64,000 nt of DNA from Hyaloraphidium curvatum SAG 235-1 (Eukaryota > Fungi > Monoblepharomycota): positions 62,001-126,000 of the forward strand of contig JAIVFI010000032.1 of the NCBI GenBank assembly GCA_025558095.1, written 5' to 3'. A program made the position numbers and the translations under genes. Of this stretch, positions 1-11,649 are shown piece after piece. The notes under the pieces are model-generated. The model saw only the letters and a list, made by a program, of their open reading frames with translations. It made no database searches and was not told the DNA's origin. How positions within the stretch are numbered: the first letter of the stretch is position 1; each line of letters starts with the position of its first letter.

Positions 1-708
1 CAGTCGATGCGGTCATGTCGATCCTCGAAGAGCACCTGGCAAAGGGCCACCACTTTGTCCTCGGCACGCGCACCAGGCCCACGATCGCCGACTTTGCCCT
101 GTACGGCCAGCTTTACCAGATCTGCGTCATGGATACGACCTATTCTTTGAAGGCGCGGGAGGAGTACGCGGGGCGGGCCTTCTTGTACTGCTTGCGGTTG
201 GACGACCTGAGCGGGCTGGGATTTGGTTCTTCCGCGACGCCTGAGGAGCCCAAGGTGCGTGCTTCCTTCATCGAAACAAATAGCATCACACATGCTGACC
301 TCGACCGCAGATCACCTCCCTTCCGCCGACGACTCTGCAGCTGATCCGGCTCGTCGGCCAGCTCTACATCCCCTTCCTCCTCGCCAACGAAAAGGCATGT
401 CGGACGGAGGGTGCCGACAAGGTACCGTTCAAGGTGACCTTCGGCGACGACTGGGCGAGTTACACCGGAGTAAGTGCTCCCATGCGGCATGTAGATGGTT
501 GCTAAAGGTTCTCCATCGGTGCTAGAATGCGTTCAGGTATCAACACAAATGCTTGCTATGGCTGCGAGAGCACCTCGCGCACGCGCTACGGACGGCGAGC
601 TACGAGAACCGGACCGCCCTCGAATCGATCCTCAAGGACGCCGGATGCTGGGACGCCCTCGTGTACGGCGAGGAGGGGATAATGGAGGGCGAAAAGGTGA
701 AGCTGTGA
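1..708 (+). CDS. Glutathione S-transferase-like protein, C-terminal part (5' end outside window)
   Basis: GST C-domain-like segment FVLGTRTRPTIADFALYGQL. Predicted introns at ~256-310 and ~470-525 give ...LYIPFLLANEKA...NAFRYQHKCLLWLRE...GEKVKL* with TGA at 706-708. Confidence 0.7.
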
Positions 709-734
709 TCGTGTATCTACTGTCTAGAGGTCTT

Positions 735-3073
735 CTAGAGCTTGGCACCTGCACCGCCGCCTTTGAGCTGCTCTACCACGCCCTCTGAATTCATCCTCCT
801 GAGAATCTGTTCCCGTAGCTCTGGAAAAGCTCGTGAGATGTAATCCGAAACGTTGATGAGCGAGGGAACCAACCATTCTTCTTGAGCTTCCCGTTCTGAT
901 TCCGAGGAAGCCCGGCATCGTCTCCCTCGCCGATCCTCACGTCCACGTAGACCGGGACGGAGAACGCCGGAAGCAGCGTTCGGCAGAACTGCCTGATCGA
1001 TTCCGAGGTCGGCAGAGCCGTCGTCCGCCTGACCACGACGGCAGCGACGGGGAGCTCGCCGAGGGTAATGCCCGGATCGGGGATACCAATCGCGCCCTGC
1101 AGGCCCGGCGTCTCGTCAAATTCTGAACAGTCAGTTGACAAGCAGAACACTCACGGCATCCCAGACTCCGGGAAGCCTGTAAAGGGCTTCTTCGATCGAC
1201 ACAGTGTAGATGTTCTGGACGGGTTCAGTTAGTACAAGCCGTTCCGAATAAACGGAAGCCTCACCTCGCCCCCTCGCACTATCATCTCCTTGCTTCGATC
1301 TACTAGGTACACAAAACCCTCCTTGTCGATGTAGCCGACGTCCCCTGTCGAATCGGGGCGCATCAGATGCTCCAAACAAGATCTGGCGCAGATCCACCCA
1401 CCCGTGTGGAACCAACCGCCACGGAAGGCCCGCTTCGTCGCCTCGGGATTCTTGTAGTACTCCTGCGAGGCCCGTCAGCCGCCGTCCCATGCTCGGTACC
1501 TCTTCTCACTAACCTTGATCACATTTGCTCCGCGGAAGCACAGCTCACCAACTTCACCGACGGGCACCTCGCGATCCTGGTGATCGGGGGAGACAGAGTC
1601 CCAGTCGGTGATCTCGACGACTGCGAGGAGGGAGTCTTCAACGAACGGCACGTAAGCTTGGCCTGTTGACTCACTCTTCATCTCCGAGACGGGATTGAGC
1701 TTTCCCACGGAGCCTGGGTGGGTCAGGTAGTCATCTCCAGCGATCGAAACATTGTTCGAGCTCTCGGTCAGGCCGTCTGTCACGGACGATGGTCAGCACG
1801 TCCAGCCAAAAGAAGATCTTTCAGACCAACATCCTTGTCCAATTGAGCAGCCCGGGAAGACTTCGCGCAGCTTGTCAACGAGCGCCGCAGGGCAAGGTGC
1901 GCCGCCATAGCTGAGGGAGGTCACGCACGAAAGGTCCATCTCCTGTCCAGAGCGCTTGGCCTTTTCGATCGCGTCGAGGATGTTGTAGAACATCGTCGGC
2001 ACCCCGCCAATGGAGTTCACGCGCAAGTGGGATGTGACTCGCAAGCAATCAGCGGCGTTCCATTTGTAGAGGAAGACTACGGTTCCGCCGGTGAAGGTGG
2101 AGCCACCCAGGCGCGACTTCGTCGCCGTGATGTGGAACAGGGGCGTTGTCAGCACCTGCGCCTTGACGGGATCCGTCGCCTTTGGCATGGGCGGCATTCC
2201 CGCGAGGCCCCCAGCCTTCTTCACGGCCGCATGCACGCCGCGGTACAGGGCCGTCAGGGGAGTCTGACAGTAGCTCCGGTTGGTCCCCAAACATCCTTTC
2301 GGGAAGCCGCTAGTCCCAGAAGAAAAAAAGAGCGTGGTCGCTTCGTCCGGATCCATCTCCGCAGGGCCCGGTCCCAATGGCGCTGGCATACCGCTCCGTC
2401 GAGCAGGCTCAAGGTGCGGAGCGACGAAGCTTTGAAAGTCCGAGTAGAATGGAGACGACGGCAGTGCCAAGCCATCGAGGAAGGATTCGGGGAATATGGA
2501 TATGATCTTGCGAAGCCCGTGCTTCTCTCGCAAGCGGTCGAGCGAGCCTGCAGCTATGAAACGCGCCAGACGCTCGCCGTCGGCGATCAGAATGACGGGC
2601 TCTCCGACGGTGAGGCAATACTCCATGTCCTTCGCAGGCAGCCAGGCGTTGATGGGCGAGACAACGCACCCGATCGATACGACGGCCCAGAACGAGACGA
2701 TCCATTCGATGCAGTTCCTGGCCGCAATGGCAACTCGGTCTCCACGCTGCAAACCACTCGCTTTGAAGGCGAGCGCAAGAGCCGCGCTCTGCTCGTGTGC
2801 CTCCCGGTACGTGAGCGTCCGAGGATTGAGAAGTCGCGGATCCGAAGGTCCCGAGAGGGAAGACGCAGAGTTGTCGATGAACGTCAAGTACGGTTTGTCT
2901 CCGTTCGCCGCCGAGTCCAACCAAAGGCTCCTCATTGACCGGTTCGCGTGCTTCCACGCGTTCATTTCAATGCCGCGGACAACGACGCGCGTGATCTCGA
3001 ACGGGCTCCCCGAGCCCGGTGCCGTGAGAAGACGACGCACGTCATTGTCGGTGAGCGCGGGCGGTCCAACCAT
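735..3073 (-). CDS. AMP-dependent acyl-CoA synthetase/ligase (FadD-like), multi-exon, C-terminal AKL
   Basis: Adenylation motifs [30 protein letters not shown] and [11 protein letters not shown] spread over ORFs 1793-3160, 1475-1783 and 791-1150. The last exon splices to ...GGGAGAKL* (TAG at 735-737). Confidence 0.9.
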
Positions 3074-3414
3074 GTTGCCAGAAGCGAGAGGTGGACGGTG
3101 GGTCGTCTTTGCAGCTGGGAGACACAGTTTCCCGTGCCGCCCGCGATGCTCCCAGACCACTACGCGACGCTACCGCCGCGCCCCTCTCTCGGGTCTCTGG
3201 TCGCTTAATCGCCTCTCTGCTGCCGGTGCACCACCCCTACGGACCGTTGGAACGGCTGGCGGACCGATTCGGGCCTTCTCGCACCCCCGGTTCGCACATC
3301 GGGAGACGCCACCGCGGACGTCCTCGGGACGCTCCGAGCCCCTCTTCCACAACATTGTCGCCCATTCGAAGACCCGTGTCGTGGTTCTCGGTGGATCTAT
3401 TCTGCTAGCGCCCG

Positions 3415-4712
3415 ATGGTCGGTGGCTCGAAGGCTCCGGACATCCCACGTTGACCCTCTCTCGTCGACCGGAACCGTTCAGACGATCTTCCGACCCTGCA
3501 TTGATATCGACCAAGGACAGGTCACCGTCCGGCAGTACCTCTACGATGCCCCGGGGGCCACGGTGCACCACGGCAAGCCCGTCGACCGCGACATCAAGAA
3601 CGCGGGGCACTACGCCGCGTTGTTCAAGTCGTACGACCTAAAGGTACGCCGCACGGCCTGCGCGCACCATGCTGCGCCCGCTGAACCTAGCATTGCGGCC
3701 AGCACGGGCACGTGTACAAGCACTCGGCCAACTGCGACGAGGCCGCCCTCGAGGCGCTGCGAACCTGGCCAAAGGCGTTCCAGCTCGGCGGCAGCATCAA
3801 CCTGCAGAACTGCCAGTCCTGGTTGGACGCGGGGGCGTCCAAGGTGATCCTGCGGAACGAGCTGTACCCCGATGGGCACTTTGACGAGGACCTGCTCCGG
3901 CGGATCTCGGAAAAGGTCGGGACGGAGAACTTGGTCGTTGACGTGACGTGCAGGAGAAAGGGCTACGAGGACTACTGGATCGCGCTCAACAAGTGGACCT
4001 CGTTCGCGAACCAGAAAGTCACGGAGGACTCCCTGACCACCCTCTCCTCGTACTGCTCCGAGCTCATCTTCCACCCCGCGGACGAAAGCGGCCGCCAGAC
4101 CCGCGTGGACACGGACTTCATCGAGATGGTCCACAAATGGACCGGCGTCCCCTCGCTCTACGCGGGAGGGTGCCGGTTCAAGCAGGACCTCGTGCTGGTC
4201 GAGCGGGCCTCGGACCAGCTGATGGACGTCACCTTCGGGTCCGCGCTGGACGTGTACCGGGGGACGACCGTCACGCTCGCGGAGCTGGTGGCGTGGAACA
4301 GGGACGTCATGTCGGGGAGCCACGAGAAGAAGAAGGACGCGTACCACCGGCCTTCGCTCTCGGGGGACGAGCTGGAGATGGAGCTGACGAAGTTCAGGGC
4401 GGGCATGAACTCCACAAAGGGTTGGTCCCGCTGTGCAAGCTGCGAATGGGCCTTTTTGACCCTCCGATCGCCAGGTTCGGGCCTCTTGGCCGCACCGGGG
4501 GCCAGCCTCGCGCACGCCGCGACCGCGCCACCCGACGTCCACCTCACGATGCAGATCCCCACCCCGAACTCTTCCCAGCCGGCGCTGGCGCCGCAAACGC
4601 AGGCGAAGGTCCCCGCGCAGGCGGCGCCTGCCGCACCGAAACCCGGCTCCGAAGATCGCGCAAAGATTCTGACGATGACGATTCCGACACGGACTCCGAC
4701 ACGGATGCCTGA
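3415..4712 (+). CDS. HIS6-like: Divergent His6/HisA-type ProFAR isomerase homologue with C-terminal extension
   Basis: ATG at 3415 followed by intron 3418-3481 gives MTIFRPCIDI. Motifs QLGGSINLQNCQSWLDAGASKVI, LVVDVTCRR, NKW, HPADESG, YAGG and DVTFGSALD match the fungal His6 layout. The final exon 4555-4712 is predicted from a phase-compatible GT at 4421 and AG at 4553-4554. Confidence 0.8.
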
Positions 4713-5420
4713 GTGCACGCGGCTTCAAGAGGTTGGTAAGCCAAGTCGCCGAGATCGGGATCCATTCCTCCTGACACAGTTGAAGCAATCTCGGTGGATA
4801 GACGATGGACGGATGGTGCGGTGCGGAGTATAGAAATGATGGCGATAGTCATGGATTCGCGATGATGGACGGTCTCGTCCCAGTCGCGGTGAGGGTCCGA
4901 TGTACTCTCGCTGTCCTGAAGAGTATCATCCCGAAGGCTAGCTCCAAATGAGCTGACCTCACATCCCACGGCCTTGTTCTGCAGTCACACCGAGGTGGAA
5001 TCCAGGGAGAAATCGACCGGTAGCAAATCAAAGCCATCTCCAAAGTGCAAAGGGCACTTGTGTCGTCCCACGATCGCCGCGGTTGTCGGACAGCAGGCTG
5101 CGCGCGCGGACAGTCCATCTTAGAAGCAGCAAAACCGTAAGAGCGCGGTCGTTGATCCCTAGTACATCGCCACTGGTGCCAGCGGCCGGCGATCACGTCA
5201 GCTCCTGTCGCGGCATCCCGTCGGCCCCCGCAATCGTGTCCCGTGCGTTGTCCGAGGTGCGAAGGTGATGGAGATTTGGTCTTGTCCGCGAAACTCCGCC
5301 CCGTGGGCCCCGTCGGCCCCGCACGGTCCCCGGCCACGTCAGCTCCTGTCGGGAGGCATCCGGTCAGCCGGAGAAGCAAGAAAACGTCGCTAACACCTAA
5401 CACCAGAAAACAGGGTAAAC
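4656..5420 (+). repeat. Diverged direct repeat, copy A (homologous to 9960-10840)
   Basis: Shared blocks with copy B: TCGCGCAAAGATTCTGACGAnGACGATTCCGACACGGA, GAGTGCACGCGGCTTCAAGAGGTTGGTAA, TTCCTCCTGACACAGT, CGGTGGATAGACGAT, CGGTCGTTGATCC, TCAGCTCCTG and the terminal CCAGAAAACAGGGTAAAC. Confidence 0.9.
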
Positions 5421-6640
5421 CGGAGGTAACCGAGGAGCGAGGGACAGATTCAGTGTTCCAAGGGTGCGACTTCTTCAGTCATTGGATTCGCGGTTTCGCC
5501 GAACAGCAGCACCCGACTTGAATAAGCCGCTGGCCTAGGAATGGAGGGCAAAAAGGCACGAGGCGCTAGCTAAGTCAGCTTCGGGAGCGAAGCAGGCTAG
5601 CGGCCTGGATATAGCTTCGCAGAGCGGTTGGAAGTGTGTCGACCTTGATCCCGGCCCGCCCAACGAACCCCGCTGCAGCAAAGCTTTCCTGCAGTGCGGA
5701 TCCGAAATGCCGACCACCGCGGCGGAGGTACAAAGGAAAAACGCAGCTGGAGGCTCCGAAATTGATTGGCGGCCTCGAGGGCCAGTCGCCTCCATCGTCG
5801 GCCTCATCGTGCAGCCTTCCCCGCGGCATCGTTTCCGAGCTCCATCGCGGCACGCTGGCGACTTTCGACGACGCGCTCGGCAGCTCGAGGGACATTTGCA
5901 CATGTACAGGCGCTGATTAAGCGTCTTGGAGGTCCCGGGGCAAAGCGAAAAGAGCGCGAGGATCCAGCGCAACAGCGGGCCAGTGCCTTGGGACGCGGCA
6001 GCGGCAGCAGTATCGCGGCGACCGACCGCAAGGGGTCCGCACGGCCCATGGCGGACGCGATTTTCCCGTCGACGCGCGGTCCGCGATGTTGGTATCGCGA
6101 AGCCGGTCTTCGGATGAGTGTTGACGTGCCACGGGTCGCGGGTGACACGGCAAAACATCGAAGCCCTCCTTTGGCCGAGCCCGCCCGGCTCGCACTGGAG
6201 GATTCCATAGACACGAAAGTCTTTGAAGCAACCTCGCGACGCGACGACGATGGGGCGGCTTCGTTCTCGAGCGCGGTCAAAAGGTGTTGCGGATGTGGCT
6301 CGCTCGATCGGCGCCGTCCGCTGTTCGCGAACTATCCTTTCTCGACCGCGCGGCGGGAAAGGACGCAGGACACATCGCGCGGCGGAACGCGGCCCGTTCG
6401 GACGCGTCGGGACCGCTGATATTTCATGCCGTGCCCGAGGCGCTGAGCGGACGCCTTTGACCGCCTGGGCGCCGCCGCGGGACTCGCGCCCCTCTCTGCC
6501 CGCCCCGCGCGGCACGAGCTCCTTTCCTCTACCCGAAACCGACTCAGCTCCTTTTTGTACGTCGCTCCCGAGCGCGTCGCGTGCCGGGTTCGCCTTTTCC
6601 GCGCGGATCTCGCTGACCCTGCTCTTCCCTTCGCAGCACG

Positions 6641-9600
6641 ATGAAGCCGGCCGAGCTGGAGTCTCTGGGCAAGGGGAACCCGCTCGGGGATAGGGATGAA
6701 CACACCGAGGAGGAGAACTACAACGGTGGGGGCGTGCGAGGGCGCAGATCTCTGCCCGAATCTCATGACCGCCCGACGTTCTCGCAGGGGATGCCGCGGG
6801 CGGGAGGCGATTCAAGAACCTGAGCAATAAGAGGCCGAGCAGCTGGGACGAGGAGGACCACGGCACGACCAACATCGTGAGCAGCGCGGGGCTGGCCGTT
6901 CCAGTCCGCTGATCGGACCGCTGCACACCGCAGGAGGAGTCGATCGTGCAGAACATGGACGTCAAGGCCCCCGAGGCCAAGCTGCGCTTCAACAAGAAAA
7001 GGAAGTCGGAGATTGTCGACGAGGACGGGGACAACTCGGTTCGCTCGTCGCAAGCTTCGCCTTCGTGCTTGCCCTCACTCTCCGATCCCAGGTTTCGATC
7101 GCTTCTATTGCCGAGCGTGTGACACCGCAGGAGAAGGTTTCAGCAACAAAACCGAAGTCCGAGCCCATTGCGGGTGAGTTTGTCCGCCACGATCAAGGAT
7201 CTAGCATCGTGCTCACGGCCGCGTGGCCCCAAAGATTCAAGCGCCGGCGAGGTCAACAAGGTGCAGAAGTCCAAGGAGAAGAAGTCGAGGGAGATCGCCG
7301 CCGACGACGACCAAGGTGGTAAGGTTGGTTTGGCTGCATCGCACGTTCTATTCCAGCTCTGACTCTTTGTGCAATCCAGTACTCGAGCGACTCGAGCGCC
7401 AAGAAGAAGCCCGATTCGTCCGCGCCCAATCGCAAGGCCGTATACGGTAGGTCTGGTGCCGCACGACCGTGCATCGTGTTCACGCCAGTCCCCGCCAAAG
7501 GTTCGATCACCGACGAGGCCGACAGGAGGGATCAGTCCAAGTCAAGGCGCGCCGCCGAGGACAACGACTTCGGAGACGACGAGGTGGGCTTTGCGTTTGC
7601 AATGCTCCCTTGCTTGCCCTGACCCTTTCTCCGCGATCCAGTACTCGAGCGACCCGAGCGTCAAGGCTGCCGCGCCCAAGAAGAAGCTCTCGGTATCCGC
7701 GCCCAAAGCCAAGGCAGCTTCCTGTGCGTTGGATGCGAAACGATCGTGCACCGTGCTGACGGCCCCTGGCTGCCCCGAAGCTTTGCCCTTGCCGCTGCCG
7801 TCGCGCAAGCCGGGGAGGGCGGCCAAGGTCATCGACGACATCTTTGCCGCATCCGCGCCCTCGCCGCCCGTCCCCAAGCACAAGCCTGCGAAGCCTTCCT
7901 CGCTAAATGAGGAGCTGCTCCCGCCGGGTCGTGCACCGTCCGTCGGAACGGGCGCGCGATCGGAATCGGAGGCGTCTGGTTCGGGCTTCAGCATTCCGAA
8001 GAAGAGGGCTCCAACTTGGGAGGAGGCAACAAGATCGAGGAATGCTCGTCGCACGGCGGAGAAGGAAGCGAGGATCGCTGCTGCCGAGAGTCGCAGTGGT
8101 GGCGACAGCGACGAGGACTCGGACGAGGACGCCGAGGACGCTGACCGGGGACCCCTGACGGCGCAGAGGATTGCGGAGCAAAACGAGCGCTTCGCGATGG
8201 AGGCGCCGCTGGGACCGCATTTCCAGAAGCTCAAGGACGCTCTGAACATGGCGGATCGGGCGGTCCGCGTCTTGCGCACCCAAGCCTTCAAGGTCCCGAC
8301 GCCGTCGCGCCGGCACCTTTACGCACTCGCCGAAACCAAGATGGCCTCAATCGCCCGGGGCCTTCCTCTGGCTTCGGGCTACGCCGGCGACTACGTCTAC
8401 CGCTCTCTGTCCGCCAAAGCTCGCAACCAGTTGCCGTACGACCCGCTCGACGTCGTCAAGGCCGTGGCCGCTGCGCGCAAATTCGACACGGGATCGAGCT
8501 TTTCGATCGAGTCGCTGGACCCGTGCCTCTACGAGGCGTTCTCCGTCGAGTTCGGCAAGTTTCTCGTCAACTTCGTCGCCGAGAACCCCTTCCATCCGGC
8601 CATCATCGATCTTGCCGGGCGCCTGGCGGATGAAGGTTCCCGCGCCGCCGTGCTCGCGACTTTGGAGAAGGCCGCAGCTTCGAGAGGCCCCGTCGGCTAC
8701 TCCTTTGGCCCGCGGGCATCGTTCCCCTCGAACGTCAAGCCTGCCCTTTCCTTCGACGGTCAGAAGGACAACCACGCCAAGGTGAACGGCACCCGATTGA
8801 CGCGTTTGCCTCTGCTAAAGGTCCGCACTCCGCAGGCATCCCATCTCTTTGTCCCATGCAACCCGGCCATCGCCAACGCGTCGAAAGGCTCTCCAAAGGT
8901 GCACGTCATGTTCAGGCGCCTTGATGCGCAGGTCGTCGGCGTCGAGCTCGGAAATCTCGAACTGCTGGCCCTGGCTGAGAAGCTGGTCGTCGGTGGTTCG
9001 CACGAGACGAAGCTCAAGTACGTGGGCTGGCCCTACGAGCTCCTCGTGATCGACGGCACCACGGACGCGAAGGGTCCGTGCTCCGTCCGGCCGATCATCT
9101 CCATCATCCAGGATAAGGTGACTTGTACGTGCTCGGCCCGCGATCGCACACTCATCGTCCATCGTTGCAGGGCATCTCGGCATTCAAGAAGAATGCGAAC
9201 TTGGTCGTCTCGCATGATCTCGGTGTGCGCCTCGGCCAGCACTACATCGTTACGCAGTACGCGCCCGGTCCCGAGGGCTATACCAACGAGCGGTCCGGCT
9301 CCATCAAGGAGCTCGTCGAGTCGCAGCCGGAGCTGGGGATGCACGACGGCACCCTTCGTGCCTACCTCAACAGCCACGAGAGCCTCGAGAACGCGCGGAT
9401 CCTCCAGTACGGAAAGGTCTTCTCCAAGCACTACGTCACGGGATCGCCCAAGTTCATTATGGACGAGCTCAACCGGCTCGAGGGGAGGAGCGAGGCACGG
9501 GGAGATCTGCTCAAGCCCGTGGTTCCAATCGCACGCCAGACGCTCTTCGTTGGACCGCAGAAGCTTACCCGAGCTGAGGCGGAGAGTATTTGGGACGAAA

Positions 9601-10004
9601 AGCTGGGGCAGCCCAAGACGCACGTCCCCGTCGTCGAGTGGGTCTTGACCTACAAAGGCGGCAAGGACCGGAGCCAGGACGGACTGATCCCGACGGGCCG
9701 GTTCGGGATGAAGAAGTACCTCGACAAGGCGGTCGTGGACATGAGTGCCCTTGCCTATCACCTCCAGGGGGACAGGAAGCGGCGCCTCATGGGCGGAGGC
9801 TTCGTGTACGGACATTTCTTCCTGGACGGCGACCTTTCGCCCGCGGAGCGGCTGGCTGCGTACAACGACGCGATCGGACGTCAGGGGGAAGCGCGGATCG
9901 AGCCCCGGGACCTCATCACCAACCAGAACAACGCTCTTGGGAAGGAGCGGTCCAGGACCTCGCGCAAAGATTCTGACGAAGACGATTCCGACACGGATGC
10001 GTGA
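6641..10004 (+). CDS. Large orphan protein: K/S/P-rich multi-exon N-terminus, globular C-terminal half with possible NUMOD1-like HTH motifs (start uncertain)
   Basis: Long open frames with coding-like codon usage (7369-9117 and 9171-10004) are joined by intron 9118-9170 (gtgact...tgcag). Several short introns lie between 6.7 and 7.8 kb. No family recognised. Confidence 0.6.
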
Positions 10005-10840
10005 GTGCACGCGGCTTCAAGAGGTTGGTAAACGAAAGTCGCCGCCATCTGGATCCGCCTGACTTCCTCCTGACACAGTGGACGCAATTGCGGTGGATAG
10101 ACGATTGAAGGATGACACGGGCATAGGAATGATGATATGGATGAATATGGATTCGAATGACGATGGACAGTCCCCTTTCGGTTGCGGTGATGGTCCGCTT
10201 GTGCTCTCTCCCCGGCGGCCGCGGCCGATTCGGACGATGAGCACGAAGTAATGACGGAGCCGAGATATCGGGTACGGAGGCTGATGCCGAATGCGACGCA
10301 GATCTGACTGCTCCAGAGTTGGTGACCTTGAAGTCGGACACTTCCGCGATCGCTGCGCCTTCGAGGAGACGCTCCAGCGATCCTTGCGACCTCGATCTTC
10401 GACCCGAGAAAGATCAGCACGCCTGTCGAGGAAGCGTCCGCCCGAAGTGATCGCGACGACCAAAATCATAAGAGCCGGCAAACGAGCGTTGATCGAAGGC
10501 TTTCCAGTCCAACCAGAGGCAGCAGTGCCGTTCCGAGGTTAAATGCGGCGTCGGGTGGCGACATCTGCGACTGGACAGGCCATGTAGAAGCCAGGAAGTC
10601 GAGAGAACGGTCGTTGATCCAGGTACATCGTCAAACTGGGTCCGGCGGTCAGGCCATCAGCTCCTGCGCGAGGCATCGGGTCGGCCCCGCGATCGTGCCC
10701 CGTTGACTGAGCTGCTGAGATGCCGGAAGTTTGGTTTTGTTCGCGCGGGTCCGCCCCGCCGCCCCCCGCAACCCGGAGACCCCTAGCTGGCCTGGAGGCA
10801 AAGTCAGAACACCCCAAACTCCCCAGAAAACAGGGTAAAC
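9960..10840 (+). repeat. Diverged direct repeat, copy B (homologous to 4656-5420)
   Basis: Same collinear blocks as copy A, ending in CCAGAAAACAGGGTAAAC at 10823-10840. Confidence 0.9.
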
Positions 10841-10995
10841 TTAGGGTATTCGTGACTGTTCTTCAACTTTCTTTCAACGTTGATGGATGCTTACATTACC
10901 AACACTTTGTCGCCTCAATGAAAGCTCCCCAGCACTCGGAATACATACGTGTCGCTGCGCGAGCCTGCAGGCTGGCTGGCCGCGATTCGGGGATC

Positions 10996-11649
10996 TTAGA
11001 ACCACTGAATCTCCGGGAGCTTTTCCTCCTTCGAGATGTTGAAGCTCGGATCACCGTAGCGCTGGAAGATTTCCATAGCCATCAGGTGCGGTCCTTGGCT
11101 GTACTGTTCCACCATGTCCGGCGACTTGTCCAGCTGGTCTGGAGCAAACCTCTTGTGCACCTCGACCAGCCACTCCTTGGCGTAGATGGCCGTGAGGGGG
11201 GACCGCGCGATCCCCGACACGGAGTAGTCCCTCAGCGCGCTCGACTCGACGCGTGCCGGTCCCTCGGCCATCATCCGCACCGTGGCCAGCATCCCGAAGT
11301 ACTTGACGAATCGGAGCAACTGGTCGCGGGGCGACGCCGTAGGGTCCCTCTGCATCTCCTGGAACCACTCGTGAATCTCCTGGACCTTTTCTGCCTGGGC
11401 TTCGTCCAGCTCCTTCCGCCGCCGCTCTTCCAGGACCTTCTGGCGACCCGCCAAGTTCATGGCGGTGGCCCGCTCTTCCTCGTGCAGGCGTCGCTCCTCC
11501 TCTTCTTTCGCCCTCTGGGCCTCCCCGTTCAGGTACCGGCGCTTGTAGCGCTCCCATCGTCCGGACGACGCGGTCGGCGCCTCGTCCTCGGAAATATCGC
11601 CATAACCCGCAGCACCGAGAAGGACCAGCGCCCGCGACGAGAGCGACAT
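10996..11649 (-). CDS. Hypothetical protein, coiled-coil N-terminal half
   Basis: Single ORF with GC3-biased codons, an E/R/K-rich helix (AKEEEERRLHEEER) and a helical C-terminal part (VHKRFAPDQ). Confidence 0.55.
   Translation of the reverse strand: MSLSSRALVLLGAAGYGDISEDEAPTASSGRWERYKRRYLNGEAQRAKEEEERRLHEEERATAMNLAGRQKVLEERRRKELDEAQAEKVQEIHEWFQEMQRDPTASPRDQLLRFVKYFGMLATVRMMAEGPARVESSALRDYSVSGIARSPLTAIYAKEWLVEVHKRFAPDQLDKSPDMVEQYSQGPHLMAMEIFQRYGDPSFNISKEEKLPEIQWF

Noticed and set aside
4849-5403. Minus-strand ORFs in the repeat copies (4849-5403 and 10539-10817) as a duplicated gene
   Set aside because: The reading frame is not preserved between the copies (non-triplet indels and stops), so coding function is unsupported.
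4656-10840. LTR retrotransposon
   Set aside because: No TG...CA termini, PBS/PPT, or gag/RT/integrase motifs were seen, and the repeats are highly diverged. Kept only as an unexplained repeat-framed unit.
10831-10848. CAGGGTAAACTTAGGGTA as an interstitial telomere repeat
   Set aside because: Only a single TTAGGG is present, which is insufficient.
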